Source of the DNA: Thermodesulfovibrionales bacterium
Lineage (GTDB): Bacteria; Nitrospirota; Thermodesulfovibrionia; Thermodesulfovibrionales; UBA6898
Length of the DNA: 21,394 bases
Direction: 5' to 3'
Assembly (NCBI GenBank): GCA_044450345.1
Contig: JBIOIY010000053.1
Span: 1 to 21,394, forward strand
Of the stretch, positions 9,134 through 18,446 are shown piece by piece; position 1 is the stretch's first letter; the number at the start of each line of letters is the position of its first letter. Below the pieces are notes generated by a model. It saw nothing but the letters and a program-made list of their open reading frames with translations. It had not been told where the DNA came from and did not search any database. Position numbers and translations under genes: made by a program.

Positions 9134-10285
9134 ATGAAAAAAAGTTTTTTTGGAATCGCTTTTGCGATGCTGATGACATTCACAATAGCCGGAGGGGCAT
9201 GGGCCGACGAAGCGAAGCCCGCGGACACTACTGCTGAGAAACCTGCAGGCACCACCCTTGATAACATCAAGAATTTGCTTGGCCTGAGCGTCTATCTCCA
9301 GGGAGGGTACAACTATAACTTCAAGAATCCGGATTCCCAGGAGAATGATCTGAGAATATTTGACCATAAGGCCAACAGCTTTACCCTCGACCTTGCACAG
9401 ATAATGTTCACGAAAGATGCTCCCCTGGGCGGCATCGGATACAGGCTCAAACTATCTGCCGGAGAGACGGCAAAGTGGATACATTCGCGGGGGCTCGGCG
9501 ATGTAGGCAAAGACGAGTTCGATCTTACCGAGGCATACATCGATTATCTTGCGCCCCTCGGCAAAGGGCTTAAGTTACGCTTCGGGAAATTTGTCACTAT
9601 GCATGGGGCGGAGGTGATCGAGGCAAAGGATAATTTCAACTATTCGCGCTCATTCCTTTTTAATTACGCAATTCCCTTCACCCATACGGGGTTGATGGCC
9701 GGATATGCCTTCTCAGGCCAGGTCAGCGCAAACCTTTATCTGGTCAACGGCTGGGACAATACGGATGATAACAACAAGGGCAAGACGGTCGGACTGACTC
9801 TGGGATATACACCGATAGAGCCAGTTGCGTTGACGTTCAATCTCATGTATGGGCCTGAGAAGGACAACAACAATTCCGACAACAGGTTCCTGTTCGATTG
9901 GATCGGTACCTTTAAACCGATGAAGAACCTGACATTGGTGGTGAATACGGATTATGCGACAGAAGAGCATTCGGCAGCGGACGGGGGCACTGCGAAGTGG
10001 TATGGTATTGCTGGATATGCGAAATACGACTTCAGCGATCTTTTCAGCGCCTCGATAAGGGCTGAGTATTTCAATGACAAGGACGGTATACGGACTACTG
10101 TAAATGGAGTAGGCGGAATACCGCAGAAGTTGAAGGAGATAACAGTAACGCCGGAGTTCAAAGTGGCAAAGGCGATCATAGTGAGGCCTGAATACAGGCA
10201 CGACTGGTCGGACCAGCAGTCTTTCGATTTCGGCAATAGGAAGAGCCAGGACACGATAGCCGTCGGGGTGATGTATACATGGTAA
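9134..10285 (+). CDS. Outer-membrane beta-barrel porin (BBP2/DUF1597-like)
   Basis: AGGAGG RBS; signal peptide (AWA); EAYIDY, GKFVTMHGAEVI, NFNYSRSFLF, PFTHTG, NGWD, RAEYFND, RPEYRHD motifs; C-terminal aromatic beta signal VMYTW. Confidence 0.85.
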   Translation: MKKSFFGIAFAMLMTFTIAGGAWADEAKPADTTAEKPAGTTLDNIKNLLGLSVYLQGGYNYNFKNPDSQENDLRIFDHKANSFTLDLAQIMFTKDAPLGGIGYRLKLSAGETAKWIHSRGLGDVGKDEFDLTEAYIDYLAPLGKGLKLRFGKFVTMHGAEVIEAKDNFNYSRSFLFNYAIPFTHTGLMAGYAFSGQVSANLYLVNGWDNTDDNNKGKTVGLTLGYTPIEPVALTFNLMYGPEKDNNNSDNRFLFDWIGTFKPMKNLTLVVNTDYATEEHSAADGGTAKWYGIAGYAKYDFSDLFSASIRAEYFNDKDGIRTTVNGVGGIPQKLKEITVTPEFKVAKAIIVRPEYRHDWSDQQSFDFGNRKSQDTIAVGVMYTW

Positions 10286-10338
10286 TTGTTTCAAAGTCAA
10301 ACAAGGAATGAGCCAGTGAAAGTGTGGCATAATTAACG

Positions 10339-13023
10339 ATGGAAGAACGCAGGCCTGACCCTGATCTGATCCTGAATCGCATACGCCAGGAGACTGAGCG
10401 GGACCGCGAGGGGCAGTTCAAAATCTTTTTCGGGGCCGCCCCAGGCGTGGGAAAGACGTATGCGATGCTTGAGGCCGCTCAGCGGAAGCGGACGGAGGGC
10501 GTCGATGTGGTTGCGGGTCTTGTGGAGACCCATAAACGGAAAGAAACAGAGGCCCTCCTTGCGGGACTTGAAATTATACCGCGCCGTCCAATCGAGTATC
10601 GCGGGACGGTCCTGTCCGAATTCGACTTAGATGCCGCACTTAAGCGAAAGCCCGCGATAATCCTAGTCGATGAACTTGCCCATACAAATGCTCCGGGCTC
10701 GCGCCACAAGAAGAGGTGGCAGGACGTATATGAACTGCTTGGAGCAGGCATCAATGTATACACCACGATGAATGTGCAGCACCTCGAAAGCCTCAACGAC
10801 GTCGTTAGCCAGATCACGGGAATCAGCGTACGAGAGACCGTCCCGGATTTCCTTCTCGACAGGGCTGATGAAATCGAGCTTGTCGATCTCCCTCCGGATG
10901 ATTTGCTGCAACGGCTTAAGGAGGGCAAGGTATATGTCCCCGAGCTTGCGGCCCAGGCAAGGCAAAACTTCTTCAGGAAGGGGAATCTCCTTGCCCTGAG
11001 GGAATTGGCGCTTCGCCGCACTGCCGAGCGCGTGGACGATCAGATGCAGAGCTACAGGGAGGTGAAAGGCGTCAAGGAGGTATGGCCGGTTGCCGAACGT
11101 ATCCTCGTCTGTATCGGCCCGAATCCGCGTTCGATCCGGCTGATACGGGCTGCGAAACGCATGGCCGCAGGCCTGCGTGCCGAGTGGATCGCCGTCTATG
11201 TCGAGGCCCCGCACAAGGTAAAGCCCTCAGAAAGCGACCTCAGGCAGCTTGCCGAACATATGCGGCTCGCCGAGAGCCTAGGGGCCGAGAACGTAACGCT
11301 CTCCGGCACGAAGGCAAGCGAAGAGATACTAAACTATGCCCGCGACCGCAATGTCAACAAGATCATTGTCGGAAAGCCGACGCATCCCAGGTGGAAAGAT
11401 AAGGTATTCGGTTCAATGCTCGACGAGGTGGTACGCGGGAGCGGAGAAATCGACGTATATGTAATAACGGGAGACTCCGGAGAGGCCCCGCCGCGGCCGG
11501 TCCCAAAAGGGAAGATGCGCAAGCCTCGGGAAGATGGCTGGCTCTTGAGCATCGCAGCAGTGGGCGTCTGCAGCGGCATCGCCGAGCTGATGTTGCCGTA
11601 TGTCTCACTTTCTGACCTCGCCATGGTGTATCTCCTCGGCATGGTCTTCATAGCGACCCGGGCGGGCAAGGTCCCTTCCTGTTTTGCCACGCTGCTCAGT
11701 GTTGTGGCCTTCGACTTCTTCTTTGTCCCTCCGCGTTTCTCTTTGAACGTCAACTCTCCCAGTTATCTCATAACCTTTTCCGTGATGTTCACCGTCGCCT
11801 TCCTTATAAGCAGGCTTACGCTTAAAATACGGGAACAGGCAAACGCCGTCAGGCAGCGCGAAAAGAGGACCGCGGCACTTTATAGCCTCAGCCGCAAACT
11901 CGTTCACGAGCGGGGGATAGATAAGCTGAGCGCCATCGCTATGAAACATATCAGCGAGGTTTTCTCAAGCCACGTCGTTGTTCTCGTGCCGGATGAAAGA
12001 GAAACATTAACAATTGCGGTCACAGGACCGGTCACTTTTGCCCTCGATCAAAAGGAACTGAGTGTGGCCCAATGGACCTTTACCCACAGGCAGAGGGCCG
12101 GCCTCGGGACCGATACCCTTTCCGGCGCCAAGGCTCTTTATCTGCCTTTGGTCGCCCCATCCAAGACAGTGGGAGTGATAGGAGTGATGCCGGTCCAGTC
12201 GGACGGATTTTTCGACCAGGAGCAGGTCCATGTCTTGGAGAGTTTTGCAAACCAGATCGCCATGGCGATCGACCGCGCCATGCTCTCCCGGGAGGCCCAA
12301 CAGGCCCTTCTTCAGGCCGAAACCGAGACGTTGAGGAACACGCTCCTGAGCTCGGTTTCTCACGACCTGCGCACGCCTCTGGCTGCCATCACAGGGGCCG
12401 CTTCGACGCTCTTGCAGAAAGATGTGGCGTTTGAGACCTCCGAGCGGCAGGAGTTGCTGATAACCATTTATGAGGAGGCGGAGCATCTGAACCATATCAT
12501 CCGGAACGTTTTGGATATGACGCGTCTGGAGGCCGGGGCGATAAAGGTGAAAAAGGAATGGCAGCCGGTCGAAGAGATTGTGGGTGCGGTGCTGAACCGT
12601 CTCTCTGAAAGACTCAAAGACAGGCCTGTGAAGACTTCGTTGCCCGAGGACTTGCCGACGGTTTCTTTCGATCCCCTTCTCATCGAGCAGGTCTTAATGA
12701 ACCTTCTCGATAATGCCATAAAATATACACCCCCGGATACGCCTATAGACCTCTCCGCATCGGTGCAAGATGGAGAGATACTATTTGAGATTGCAGACAG
12801 AGGACCGGGGATCCCTCCGAGGGAGGAGGAAAGGATCTTCGACAAGTTCGTGCGCAGCTCTGCAACCGGCGCCGGGATCGGGCTCGGCCTTACTATCTGC
12901 CGCGCTATTATCACAGCGCACGGGGGACGCATTTGGGCCGCAAACAGGCAGGGCGGCGGTGCGGTATTCCGCTTTTCTCTTCCGCTGGGTGAGCAGCCGC
13001 CGTTGCCGGAACAGGAGGAGTAA
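10339..13023 (+). CDS. kdpD: Sensor histidine kinase KdpD, full length
   Basis: GAAPGVGKT, LVDELAHTN, USP-like segment, TM block with DFFFVPP, GAF-like region, SHDLRTPL, NLLDNAIKY, DRGPG, GIGLGL. Confidence 0.98.
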   Translation: MEERRPDPDLILNRIRQETERDREGQFKIFFGAAPGVGKTYAMLEAAQRKRTEGVDVVAGLVETHKRKETEALLAGLEIIPRRPIEYRGTVLSEFDLDAALKRKPAIILVDELAHTNAPGSRHKKRWQDVYELLGAGINVYTTMNVQHLESLNDVVSQITGISVRETVPDFLLDRADEIELVDLPPDDLLQRLKEGKVYVPELAAQARQNFFRKGNLLALRELALRRTAERVDDQMQSYREVKGVKEVWPVAERILVCIGPNPRSIRLIRAAKRMAAGLRAEWIAVYVEAPHKVKPSESDLRQLAEHMRLAESLGAENVTLSGTKASEEILNYARDRNVNKIIVGKPTHPRWKDKVFGSMLDEVVRGSGEIDVYVITGDSGEAPPRPVPKGKMRKPREDGWLLSIAAVGVCSGIAELMLPYVSLSDLAMVYLLGMVFIATRAGKVPSCFATLLSVVAFDFFFVPPRFSLNVNSPSYLITFSVMFTVAFLISRLTLKIREQANAVRQREKRTAALYSLSRKLVHERGIDKLSAIAMKHISEVFSSHVVVLVPDERETLTIAVTGPVTFALDQKELSVAQWTFTHRQRAGLGTDTLSGAKALYLPLVAPSKTVGVIGVMPVQSDGFFDQEQVHVLESFANQIAMAIDRAMLSREAQQALLQAETETLRNTLLSSVSHDLRTPLAAITGAASTLLQKDVAFETSERQELLITIYEEAEHLNHIIRNVLDMTRLEAGAIKVKKEWQPVEEIVGAVLNRLSERLKDRPVKTSLPEDLPTVSFDPLLIEQVLMNLLDNAIKYTPPDTPIDLSASVQDGEILFEIADRGPGIPPREEERIFDKFVRSSATGAGIGLGLTICRAIITAHGGRIWAANRQGGGAVFRFSLPLGEQPPLPEQEE

Positions 13024-13053
13024 GGACAGGGTTGAAACCTGCCCCTGCAAGAT

Positions 13054-13755
13054 ATGACACAGGATAAAGAATTGATCCTACTGATAGAAGATGAGCCGCA
13101 GATGCGGCGTTTTCTACGCGTCACGCTCCAAAGTCATGGATATCGGCTCATCGAGGCCGCTTCAGGACAGGAAGGTCTTATGCAGGCCACCACCAGGAGC
13201 CCCGACGTGTTGCTCCTGGACCTTGGTCTTCCCGATATGGACGGTATCGAGATTACAAGAAAGATCCGTGAATGGAGCGAAGTGCCGATTATAGTCATTT
13301 CCGCAAGAGAGCAGGAAATGGACAAGGTGAAGGCACTGGACGCAGGAGCGGACGATTATTTGACCAAGCCGTTTGGCGCGGACGAACTCTTTGCCCGGAT
13401 ACGCGTTGCACTCCGTCACATGGCGCTGCGAGTCGCCGGTCAGAGAGAACCTGTATTTAGCGTGGATGACCTGAAGGTCGATCTTTCATCCAGACAGGTC
13501 TTTCTGAAAGACAAAGAGATTCATCTTACGCCCATAGAATATCGTTTGCTGGCGGTCCTGGTTAAATATGCCGGAAAGGTTGTGACCCATACCCAGCTCC
13601 TCAAGGAAGTCTGGGGGCCGGTGTATGCGGACCAGCAGCAATATCTGCACGTCTATATGTCACAACTCCGGCGTAAGCTCGAATCAGAACCTGCCCGCCC
13701 AAGATTTTTGATAAACGAGCCTGGAGTAGGTTACAGGCTCAAGCTGGCCGCATAA
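13054..13755 (+). CDS. kdpE: OmpR-family response regulator KdpE
   Basis: IEDE, LLDLGLPDMDG, ALDAGADDYLTKPF, HLTPIEY, LRRKLE, EPGVGYRL; follows kdpD. Confidence 0.97.
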   Translation: MTQDKELILLIEDEPQMRRFLRVTLQSHGYRLIEAASGQEGLMQATTRSPDVLLLDLGLPDMDGIEITRKIREWSEVPIIVISAREQEMDKVKALDAGADDYLTKPFGADELFARIRVALRHMALRVAGQREPVFSVDDLKVDLSSRQVFLKDKEIHLTPIEYRLLAVLVKYAGKVVTHTQLLKEVWGPVYADQQQYLHVYMSQLRRKLESEPARPRFLINEPGVGYRLKLAA

Positions 13756-13787
13756 CCCCAGTTCGCCATCGACATAGCGTTAGGATA

Positions 13788-13815
13788 GTAGGGACGTGAT
13801 TAATCACGCCCCTAC
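13788..13815. repeat. GTAG-family REP palindrome (28 nt)
   Basis: GTAGGGACGTGATTAATCACGCCCCTAC, one mismatch. Lies between convergent genes and abuts the stop codon at 13816-13818. Confidence 0.85.
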
Positions 13816-14193
13816 TCATTCATATTTCCTCAGGTCTCTTTCTGAAAGGCCGAAATAATGACCCACTGCGTGGACAAGGGTCTTTTGGATTTCTTCTATG
13901 AGCCCTTCCTCGGAGGAGCAGATTTTTTCGATATTCTTCTGAAACAGTATTATCTTGTCGGGAAAAGGATAAGGGACCTCGAAAAAACTTCCTTTATGAG
14001 GATAAGGCACCCCGCTGAAAAGACCAAGCAAAAGGCCCCCTCCCCTGTTCAGGCGTTTCATATCTTCTGGTCCCGGATAGTCCTCGACGATGATCGTAAT
14101 ATTGCTGAAAAACTTGGTATATTCTTCCGGCAGTGTCCCGACGGCCTTTTCGACAAGGCTTTCAAAATGTTCTCTGGTGGTCCTATAGGCCAT
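13816..14193 (-). CDS. Zincin-like metallopeptidase family protein (DUF1025-type) with HEXXH changed to HAVGH
   Basis: FESLVEKAV..LPEE, LLGLFSGVP, PDKIILFQKNIE, KTLVHAVGHYFGLSE. Confidence 0.85.
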   Translation of the reverse strand: MAYRTTREHFESLVEKAVGTLPEEYTKFFSNITIIVEDYPGPEDMKRLNRGGGLLLGLFSGVPYPHKGSFFEVPYPFPDKIILFQKNIEKICSSEEGLIEEIQKTLVHAVGHYFGLSERDLRKYE

Positions 14194-14230
14194 ATCCTAT
14201 ATCATCGGAAAGGCGAGTACGCAGGGCATA

Positions 14231-14422
14231 TCACCCAGCCCTTCCCTTCTTTTTGTTTTCCTGCCTCTTTCTTTCGCGAACCATTGACAATATCTTGCGT
14301 CGCGTCTCATCATCCGCACCTGCCCACTCAGCGATTTCCACAAGCGTCCGTCGGCATCCGGTACAAACACCGCTATCTGGTACGCACTTTTTCGTACAGG
14401 GAGACTTTATTCTGCCGGCCAT
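14231..14422 (-). CDS. DUF1289-family small Cys-rich protein
   Basis: IKSPC...C......CTGCRRT..EIAEW pattern. Confidence 0.85.
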   Translation of the reverse strand: MAGRIKSPCTKKCVPDSGVCTGCRRTLVEIAEWAGADDETRRKILSMVRERKRQENKKKGRAG

Positions 14423-14494
14423 TCTCTATTATCTCACGGCCGATCGATTCCATCCAATTTACTCTCTTGCGCCATTTCGCTACAATGTATCAGG

Positions 14495-14878
14495 ATGAAC
14501 AGCATCAAATCATATTATGGCAAGCTGAAGGGGAGCGCCATGGCGTGCATCGGTTATTTTCTCTCCCCGCTATCATGGTGGAACGATCCCTATGTCAATG
14601 TTCCGATCGCCTATTTCTGTGCCTGGGTCGTAAGTATATTTTTTCCACAGTTGTTTCTTCTGGCTTTTGTCGGAGCCTATATGGGGACAAACGTGCTGGG
14701 GTTTATTCTTCTCCATAAGGGGATAGGCAAAACGCTTTCAAAGGCCGATTCCGAAAAGGTGCGATATACCCGAAAGGACTTGATGAGGGACTTTTCGATT
14801 TCTCTCGCCTATACCTTACTGATCGTCGCGCTCGTGAAACTGAAGATTGTCCAGCCCCCGCAAAACTATGTAAGGTAA
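14495..14878 (+). CDS. Hypothetical membrane protein
   Basis: Several hydrophobic segments; distinctive GYFLSPLSWWND.YVNVPIAY motif; candidate promoter TTTACT(14458)-17 bp-TACAAT(14481). Confidence 0.75.
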   Translation: MNSIKSYYGKLKGSAMACIGYFLSPLSWWNDPYVNVPIAYFCAWVVSIFFPQLFLLAFVGAYMGTNVLGFILLHKGIGKTLSKADSEKVRYTRKDLMRDFSISLAYTLLIVALVKLKIVQPPQNYVR

Positions 14879-14899
14879 AAAAACTTTTGCAGACTGCCA

Positions 14900-15361
14900 T
14901 TATTTTGAAAGCAATCGTCGGAGTTCTTCAAGTAAAGGAGTCTGTCCTTTATTTATCTTCTCGTTCGCCTCTCCGATGCCGAACCATGCCGCGCGGTCTA
15001 TCTCGGGAAACACCTGTTTCCTGCCGGACCTCGGCGGCCATTCCATCGAAAAGGTGTTGCTCTTGATTACTTCAGGATCGCAGCTGCCCTCAACAGCCCA
15101 TGCCTGCACGACCTTCCCGCTTTTAAGCTTCACGGCCGTAAGCGGAATGAATGTGCCGGAGACTTTGAATCCGGTCTCTTCGTGAAGCTCCCGCTTCGCA
15201 GCAAAGAGGGGGTCTTCCCCGGCATCAATCTCTCCCTTTGGAATCGACCACGCCCCGAGGTCTTTCTGCGCCCACAACGGGCCGCCGGGATGAGCAAGGA
15301 ATACCTGTAATTCCCCACTGTGCTTCCGGTACATGAGAATACCTGCGCTGATTTTAGCCAT
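14900..15361 (-). CDS. NUDIX hydrolase (predicted NTP pyrophosphohydrolase type)
   Basis: SAGILMYR, LAHPGGP, WSIPKGE, AAKRELHEETG, EWPPRSG, FPEIDRAAWF. Start placed at MAKISAG (15361) rather than 15397. Confidence 0.9.
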   Translation of the reverse strand: MAKISAGILMYRKHSGELQVFLAHPGGPLWAQKDLGAWSIPKGEIDAGEDPLFAAKRELHEETGFKVSGTFIPLTAVKLKSGKVVQAWAVEGSCDPEVIKSNTFSMEWPPRSGRKQVFPEIDRAAWFGIGEANEKINKGQTPLLEELRRLLSK

Positions 15362-15533
15362 GTCATATTGTAGCAGCAGGATGCCTTTATGAAACACTGC
15401 GTCAATACTTCTCTTACCCTTTTTTCAAGAACCCACGGGGGACACGTATGGCGAAGCGGCAGGCTATTTACGGTGGTTCTTTTTTACCATTTACGCTATT
15501 CTTTAAGGATAGAGGATAGTAGAGAGGGGACAG

Positions 15534-16766
15534 ATGAGGGCTCTTGAAAAAGAAGAAAAGTATTACAGATCTTTTTTCATTTCGTTCTGTCTTATTCTTG
15601 CATTGACAATATCGGGAATCTTTCTGGGTATTCACACGGAAGAGGAAGCATTAATACTTGAATCATTGCGCGCTAATGCACAGTCTTATTTTGAGACCAT
15701 CGTGGCTACGCGGGCCTGGAATTCCAATTATGGCGGCGTCTATGTCGAAAAAAAGGGCGCCGTTCAATCAAATCCCTATATTGAAGAGCCTGACATAGAG
15801 ACGAAGGACGGAAGAGTTTTTACAATCAGGAATCCAGCCATGATGACCCGGGAAGTTTCAGAGTATATTGGAAAGGACAGGAATTTTTCCTTTCATATAA
15901 CGGGCAAAAAATTTATAAATCCTGCCAATGCGCCTGACAAGTTTGAAATGGAGGCCCTGGATTCCTTTGACGCAGGAAAGAAGGAACTGTTTAAGACGGA
16001 GCTGATGAATGGCAAAATGTACTTCAGATATGCCGGCCCTTTATATGTCAAAGCGGACTGTCTGCGCTGTCATGCAGAACAGGGATATAAGGTCGGTGAT
16101 GTGAGAGGTGGGATCAGTGTTTTGCTCAATATAGATGAAGTCTTCACGAGGCTTCATAGAAATACACTGCTGATTTTTTTATTTGCCTTTACTACTTCGA
16201 GCCTTCTGATAGCCACTTTTTGGTACCTATCCAAGAAACTAATGCAAAAGATGCTGAAAATCAGAAATCAAATTGAGGAGATGGCGAATACAGATGGACT
16301 GACAGGCATTTTCAACAGGAGGCATGCCTTGAAGAGGTTCCAGGAAGAGCTGGATAGGGCGAAGAGACTGAAGAAGGAGTTGAGCTGCATTATGCTGGAC
16401 ATAGATCGTTTTAAGTCCGTCAACGATAAATACGGCCATCTCGCTGGAGATGAGGTATTAAAGGAAGTGACCAACCGCATTAAGCAAGCGATCCGAAGTT
16501 ATGATGTTTTTGGCAGATACGGCGGGGAGGAATTTCTTGTGATAATGCCTGATGCGACCCTTGAGGAGGCCACAAGTCTTGCCGAAAGGATACGGAATGA
16601 AATAAAGGCCCATCCGATACAGGATATTGATGTGACGGTCAGTCTTGGCGTAACACATTATAGAAGTTCAGATAATGTAATAGACGATATTATTAAGCGG
16701 GCGGATGAATGCCTTTATGAGGCGAAAAGTGCTGGCCGGAACTGCATGAGGTTTTGCACGAATTAA
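15534..16766 (+). CDS. Diguanylate cyclase with periplasmic DUF3365/Tll0287-like CxxCH sensor domain
   Basis: Two TM segments flank GGVYV, NPAMMTRE, INPANAPD, CLRCH and GYKVGDVRGGISV; then DGLTGIFNRR, DIDRFKSVND.YGH..GD, RSYD I-site and GGEEF. Confidence 0.93.
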   Translation: MRALEKEEKYYRSFFISFCLILALTISGIFLGIHTEEEALILESLRANAQSYFETIVATRAWNSNYGGVYVEKKGAVQSNPYIEEPDIETKDGRVFTIRNPAMMTREVSEYIGKDRNFSFHITGKKFINPANAPDKFEMEALDSFDAGKKELFKTELMNGKMYFRYAGPLYVKADCLRCHAEQGYKVGDVRGGISVLLNIDEVFTRLHRNTLLIFLFAFTTSSLLIATFWYLSKKLMQKMLKIRNQIEEMANTDGLTGIFNRRHALKRFQEELDRAKRLKKELSCIMLDIDRFKSVNDKYGHLAGDEVLKEVTNRIKQAIRSYDVFGRYGGEEFLVIMPDATLEEATSLAERIRNEIKAHPIQDIDVTVSLGVTHYRSSDNVIDDIIKRADECLYEAKSAGRNCMRFCTN

Positions 16767-16780
16767 GTTTCTCAAATACT

Positions 16781-18094
16781 TCACACCTTCACATTCAGCA
16801 TCGGCAGGCCAAGTCTCTGCCTTTTATTTTCACCCTTAAAGAGGTCCTCCGTCCTCTGCGGTGCATCGCCCCTTTCTCCTTCGTGCTGCGTCTGGAGTTT
16901 CGTCGGCAGGCTCGCGGCGTGATGGACGGCGTATTTCCCGAATTTTTCGGACACCTTATCAACAGCGCGGTAGATCCTTGAGAACTTCTCTATCCTTTCG
17001 GTGTCGTCAAAGAGGGTATACTGGACCATTGTCTCCGGCGTCAGTCCTCCAAGCACAACCCCGGTCTGGCGGTAACAATTTCCGGGCCGGAAGATATGAT
17101 CAAAGCCTTCCCGCAACGGTCCGAAGAGGTCGATAGGATATGCAGTGGCCCGGTTCAGCTTTATCTCTACCCCCGTGTCCCTGAACTCCTGTGTCCGTAA
17201 GAAGAGGATAAGCCTTGTTGCCGAGAGCTTGTACCGCCGCGCCTTGATGCATGCGTTTTCAAGGTTCTTCGAAAGCTGGGCAAAGACGAACGTCTCATCT
17301 TCCGAGGCAGGGGTAAAGGTCTTTGTCTTGCTTATAGACTGATAACTGCTCTTCGATTCGGTGACGACCGGATACACGGACCTTCCGTTAAGCTCGTACC
17401 AGATCTCCTGATAGGGTTTAGAGAGATGTTTTTGTATGAACTGTTCGTCCCTCCTTGCAAACTGGAGGGCGGTCTTTATCCCGAACTTCCCGAGTAAGGC
17501 TGCTGTGTTCAGCCCGATCCCCCAGACCTTTTCGACCGGCAGTTTTTCGAGGTAGAGATGTATCTCTCTTCCGGGGATTATTGTAAGTCCATGCGGCTTA
17601 TTGTGCTTCGAACCTATCTTCGCCAGGACCTTAGAAAGACTGACACCGACAGAGACCGTGATTCCCAATTCCGTCTCTATCGTATCCTGCATCTTCTTCG
17701 CGATAAGACCATAAGGGCCGTGGAAGCTCCTCCTCATGCCGGTGAGATCTACAAATGCCTCGTCTATCGAATACTCTTCCACGTCCGGTGAGAAGCGCCT
17801 GAGTATCTCGAACATCCGGACGGAAAAGAGGCTGTACGTCTCGTAATCAGAGGGGACGATCACGGCGTCAGGACAGATCTTCTTTACATCATACAGGCTC
17901 ACGCCCCTTGTTATCCCCTTTGCCTTCGCCTCATAACTTGCCGCAGCGACGATCCCCCGCTCCTTGCCGGTTATCACCGGCCTTCCCCTCAGTTCCGGAT
18001 GGACCGCCTGCTCGCAGGACGCGAAAAAGGCATCGGCGTCCAGATGAAGGATCGCCTGCGGCCAGGAACGTATGGTTAATGGCTGGTAGGGCAT
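16781..18094 (-). CDS. dinB: Y-family DNA polymerase IV / UmuC-like
   Basis: HLDADAFFAS, SYEAK, YSIDEAF, LAKIGS, VWGIG motifs; clamp-binding-like QYTLF near the C-terminus. Confidence 0.93.
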   Translation of the reverse strand: MPYQPLTIRSWPQAILHLDADAFFASCEQAVHPELRGRPVITGKERGIVAAASYEAKAKGITRGVSLYDVKKICPDAVIVPSDYETYSLFSVRMFEILRRFSPDVEEYSIDEAFVDLTGMRRSFHGPYGLIAKKMQDTIETELGITVSVGVSLSKVLAKIGSKHNKPHGLTIIPGREIHLYLEKLPVEKVWGIGLNTAALLGKFGIKTALQFARRDEQFIQKHLSKPYQEIWYELNGRSVYPVVTESKSSYQSISKTKTFTPASEDETFVFAQLSKNLENACIKARRYKLSATRLILFLRTQEFRDTGVEIKLNRATAYPIDLFGPLREGFDHIFRPGNCYRQTGVVLGGLTPETMVQYTLFDDTERIEKFSRIYRAVDKVSEKFGKYAVHHAASLPTKLQTQHEGERGDAPQRTEDLFKGENKRQRLGLPMLNVKV

Positions 18095-18102
18095 GGAATA
18101 TC

Positions 18103-18132
18103 CGTATGGGCGATTCGCGAATCGCCCATACG
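18103..18132. repeat. Perfect 30-bp palindrome, REP variant with GTAT...ATAC ends
   Basis: CGTATGGGCGATTCG/CGAATCGCCCATACG; at the RAYT 3' end, 8 nt upstream of the dinB ATG. Confidence 0.9.
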
Positions 18133-18350
18133 ATGGATAATATTTTCAGGGTTGTCCTCATCTTCCGCCCATTTCGCAGGGTTTTCGACAATGTATCTGC
18201 GGATGCGGTCCATCTCTTCTTCACTGCGTATGACGTGTTCGTAATAATTGCGCTGCCAAACGGGGTGCCCTGGGGTATTACGGATCAGATTAATCTGTTT
18301 GGCCGATTGATATTTGAAATATGCAACGATTTTTCCCAATGTACGTTTAT

Positions 18351-18446
18351 GTAGGGGCGGGGTATCCCCGCCCTCCGTGGATCCCCCGCCCTGTTTTATT
18401 TTTGGAATGGCCGAAACGGCAACGGGCGAGGAGACCTCGCCCCTAC
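18351..18446. repeat. Inverted REP doublet (REPIN-like), in frame inside the RAYT gene
   Basis: GTAG-GGGCGGGG-TAT-CCCCGCCC (18351-18373) and GGGCGAGG-AGA-CCTCGCCC-CTAC (18424-18446); total 96 nt = 32 codons. Confidence 0.85.

Noticed and set aside
4017..13460. Many antisense and alternate-frame ORFs within the kdp genes
   Set aside because: They are shadows of well-supported genes and show no recognisable motifs.
13858..14718. 286-aa plus-strand ORF
   Set aside because: It overlaps three better-supported genes and has no recognisable motif.
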